Shown here: piece by piece, positions 5,087-5,378 of the stretch
Layout: each line of letters begins with the position of its first letter
Position numbering within the stretch: position 1 is the stretch's first letter
Virus record (IMG/VR): IMGVR_UViG_2695420579_000006
Coordinates: 1-5,378 of that record
DNA from: a virus
Lineage: Duplodnaviria > Heunggongvirae > Uroviricota > Caudoviricetes
Strand: one strand, 5' to 3'
Length of the DNA stretch: 5,378 nucleotides
Made by a program: the position numbers and the translations under genes
The notes under the pieces: generated by a model
Told to the model about the DNA's origin: nothing
The model's input: the letters and a program-made list of their open reading frames with translations, nothing else
Database searches by the model: none

Positions 5087-5150
5087 GATGATTTGAGGGT
5101 GCAGAAATCCCTCCGGTTAAGGATTAAATTTTTAACAGTGCTAAATTTAA

Positions 5151-5378
5151 TTATTCAGTTCTGGATTTTGTCGCCCTGCGTATCCGCGCTTTCGCGTTAC
5201 GCTCAATCTGTATCAGCTTTTCTATATTTCTCCGCCTTTCCTGTTCCTCCTGGCGCAATAGCCTTACATCATCTGCCAGTCTGGTTTCTCTTTTTGCCAC
5301 AGAGAGCATCCAGTCAAACGGCTCCACAACCGCACCGCAGATTTTACAGCGGACCTGACGCTCTTTTTCGTCAACCCG
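5151..5378 (-). CDS. 3' portion (75 codons) of an unidentified gene running off the right edge; contains CKICG and a basic, coiled-coil-like C-terminus
   Basis: Minus-strand frame is open from the window edge to TAA at 5153-5151 (...RVDEKERQVRCKICGAVVEPFDWMLSVAKRE...ARIRRATKSRTE). Not in the ORF track because the start lies outside the window. Confidence 0.4.
   Translation of the reverse strand, partial: RVDEKERQVRCKICGAVVEPFDWMLSVAKRETRLADDVRLLRQEEQERRRNIEKLIQIERNAKARIRRATKSRTE

Noticed and set aside
1-5378. CRISPR array, rRNA or integrase/att site
   Set aside because: No regularly spaced short direct repeats, no rRNA-like segments and no integrase ORF were seen in the window.

Overview
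This window reads as the leftward-transcribed accessory region of a lambdoid-type prophage in an E. coli/Shigella-like draft assembly; every supportable gene is on the minus strand, and all family names below are from memory, not from a search. It contains two nearly identical 629-bp hok/mok/sok type I toxin-antitoxin modules (339-967 and 2821-3449) and the 3' end of a third, HokD-like copy next to a 21-N gap. A 5'-truncated IS600-like (IS3 family) element sits at 1682-2819, joined at a single N (2820) directly to the second hok module. At the right end is a run of tightly coupled small genes: a 72-aa AT-rich membrane protein, an HNH endonuclease, a 221-aa unknown, and a DUF551-like protein. 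The most interesting items are a conserved 27-aa micro-ORF coupled to two different upstream genes, the apparent loss of the hok 3' control region in copy C, and a family of three paralogs sharing an N-terminal module, one of which is an in-frame mosaic with the HNH 3' end. No tRNA, rRNA or CRISPR array was found.
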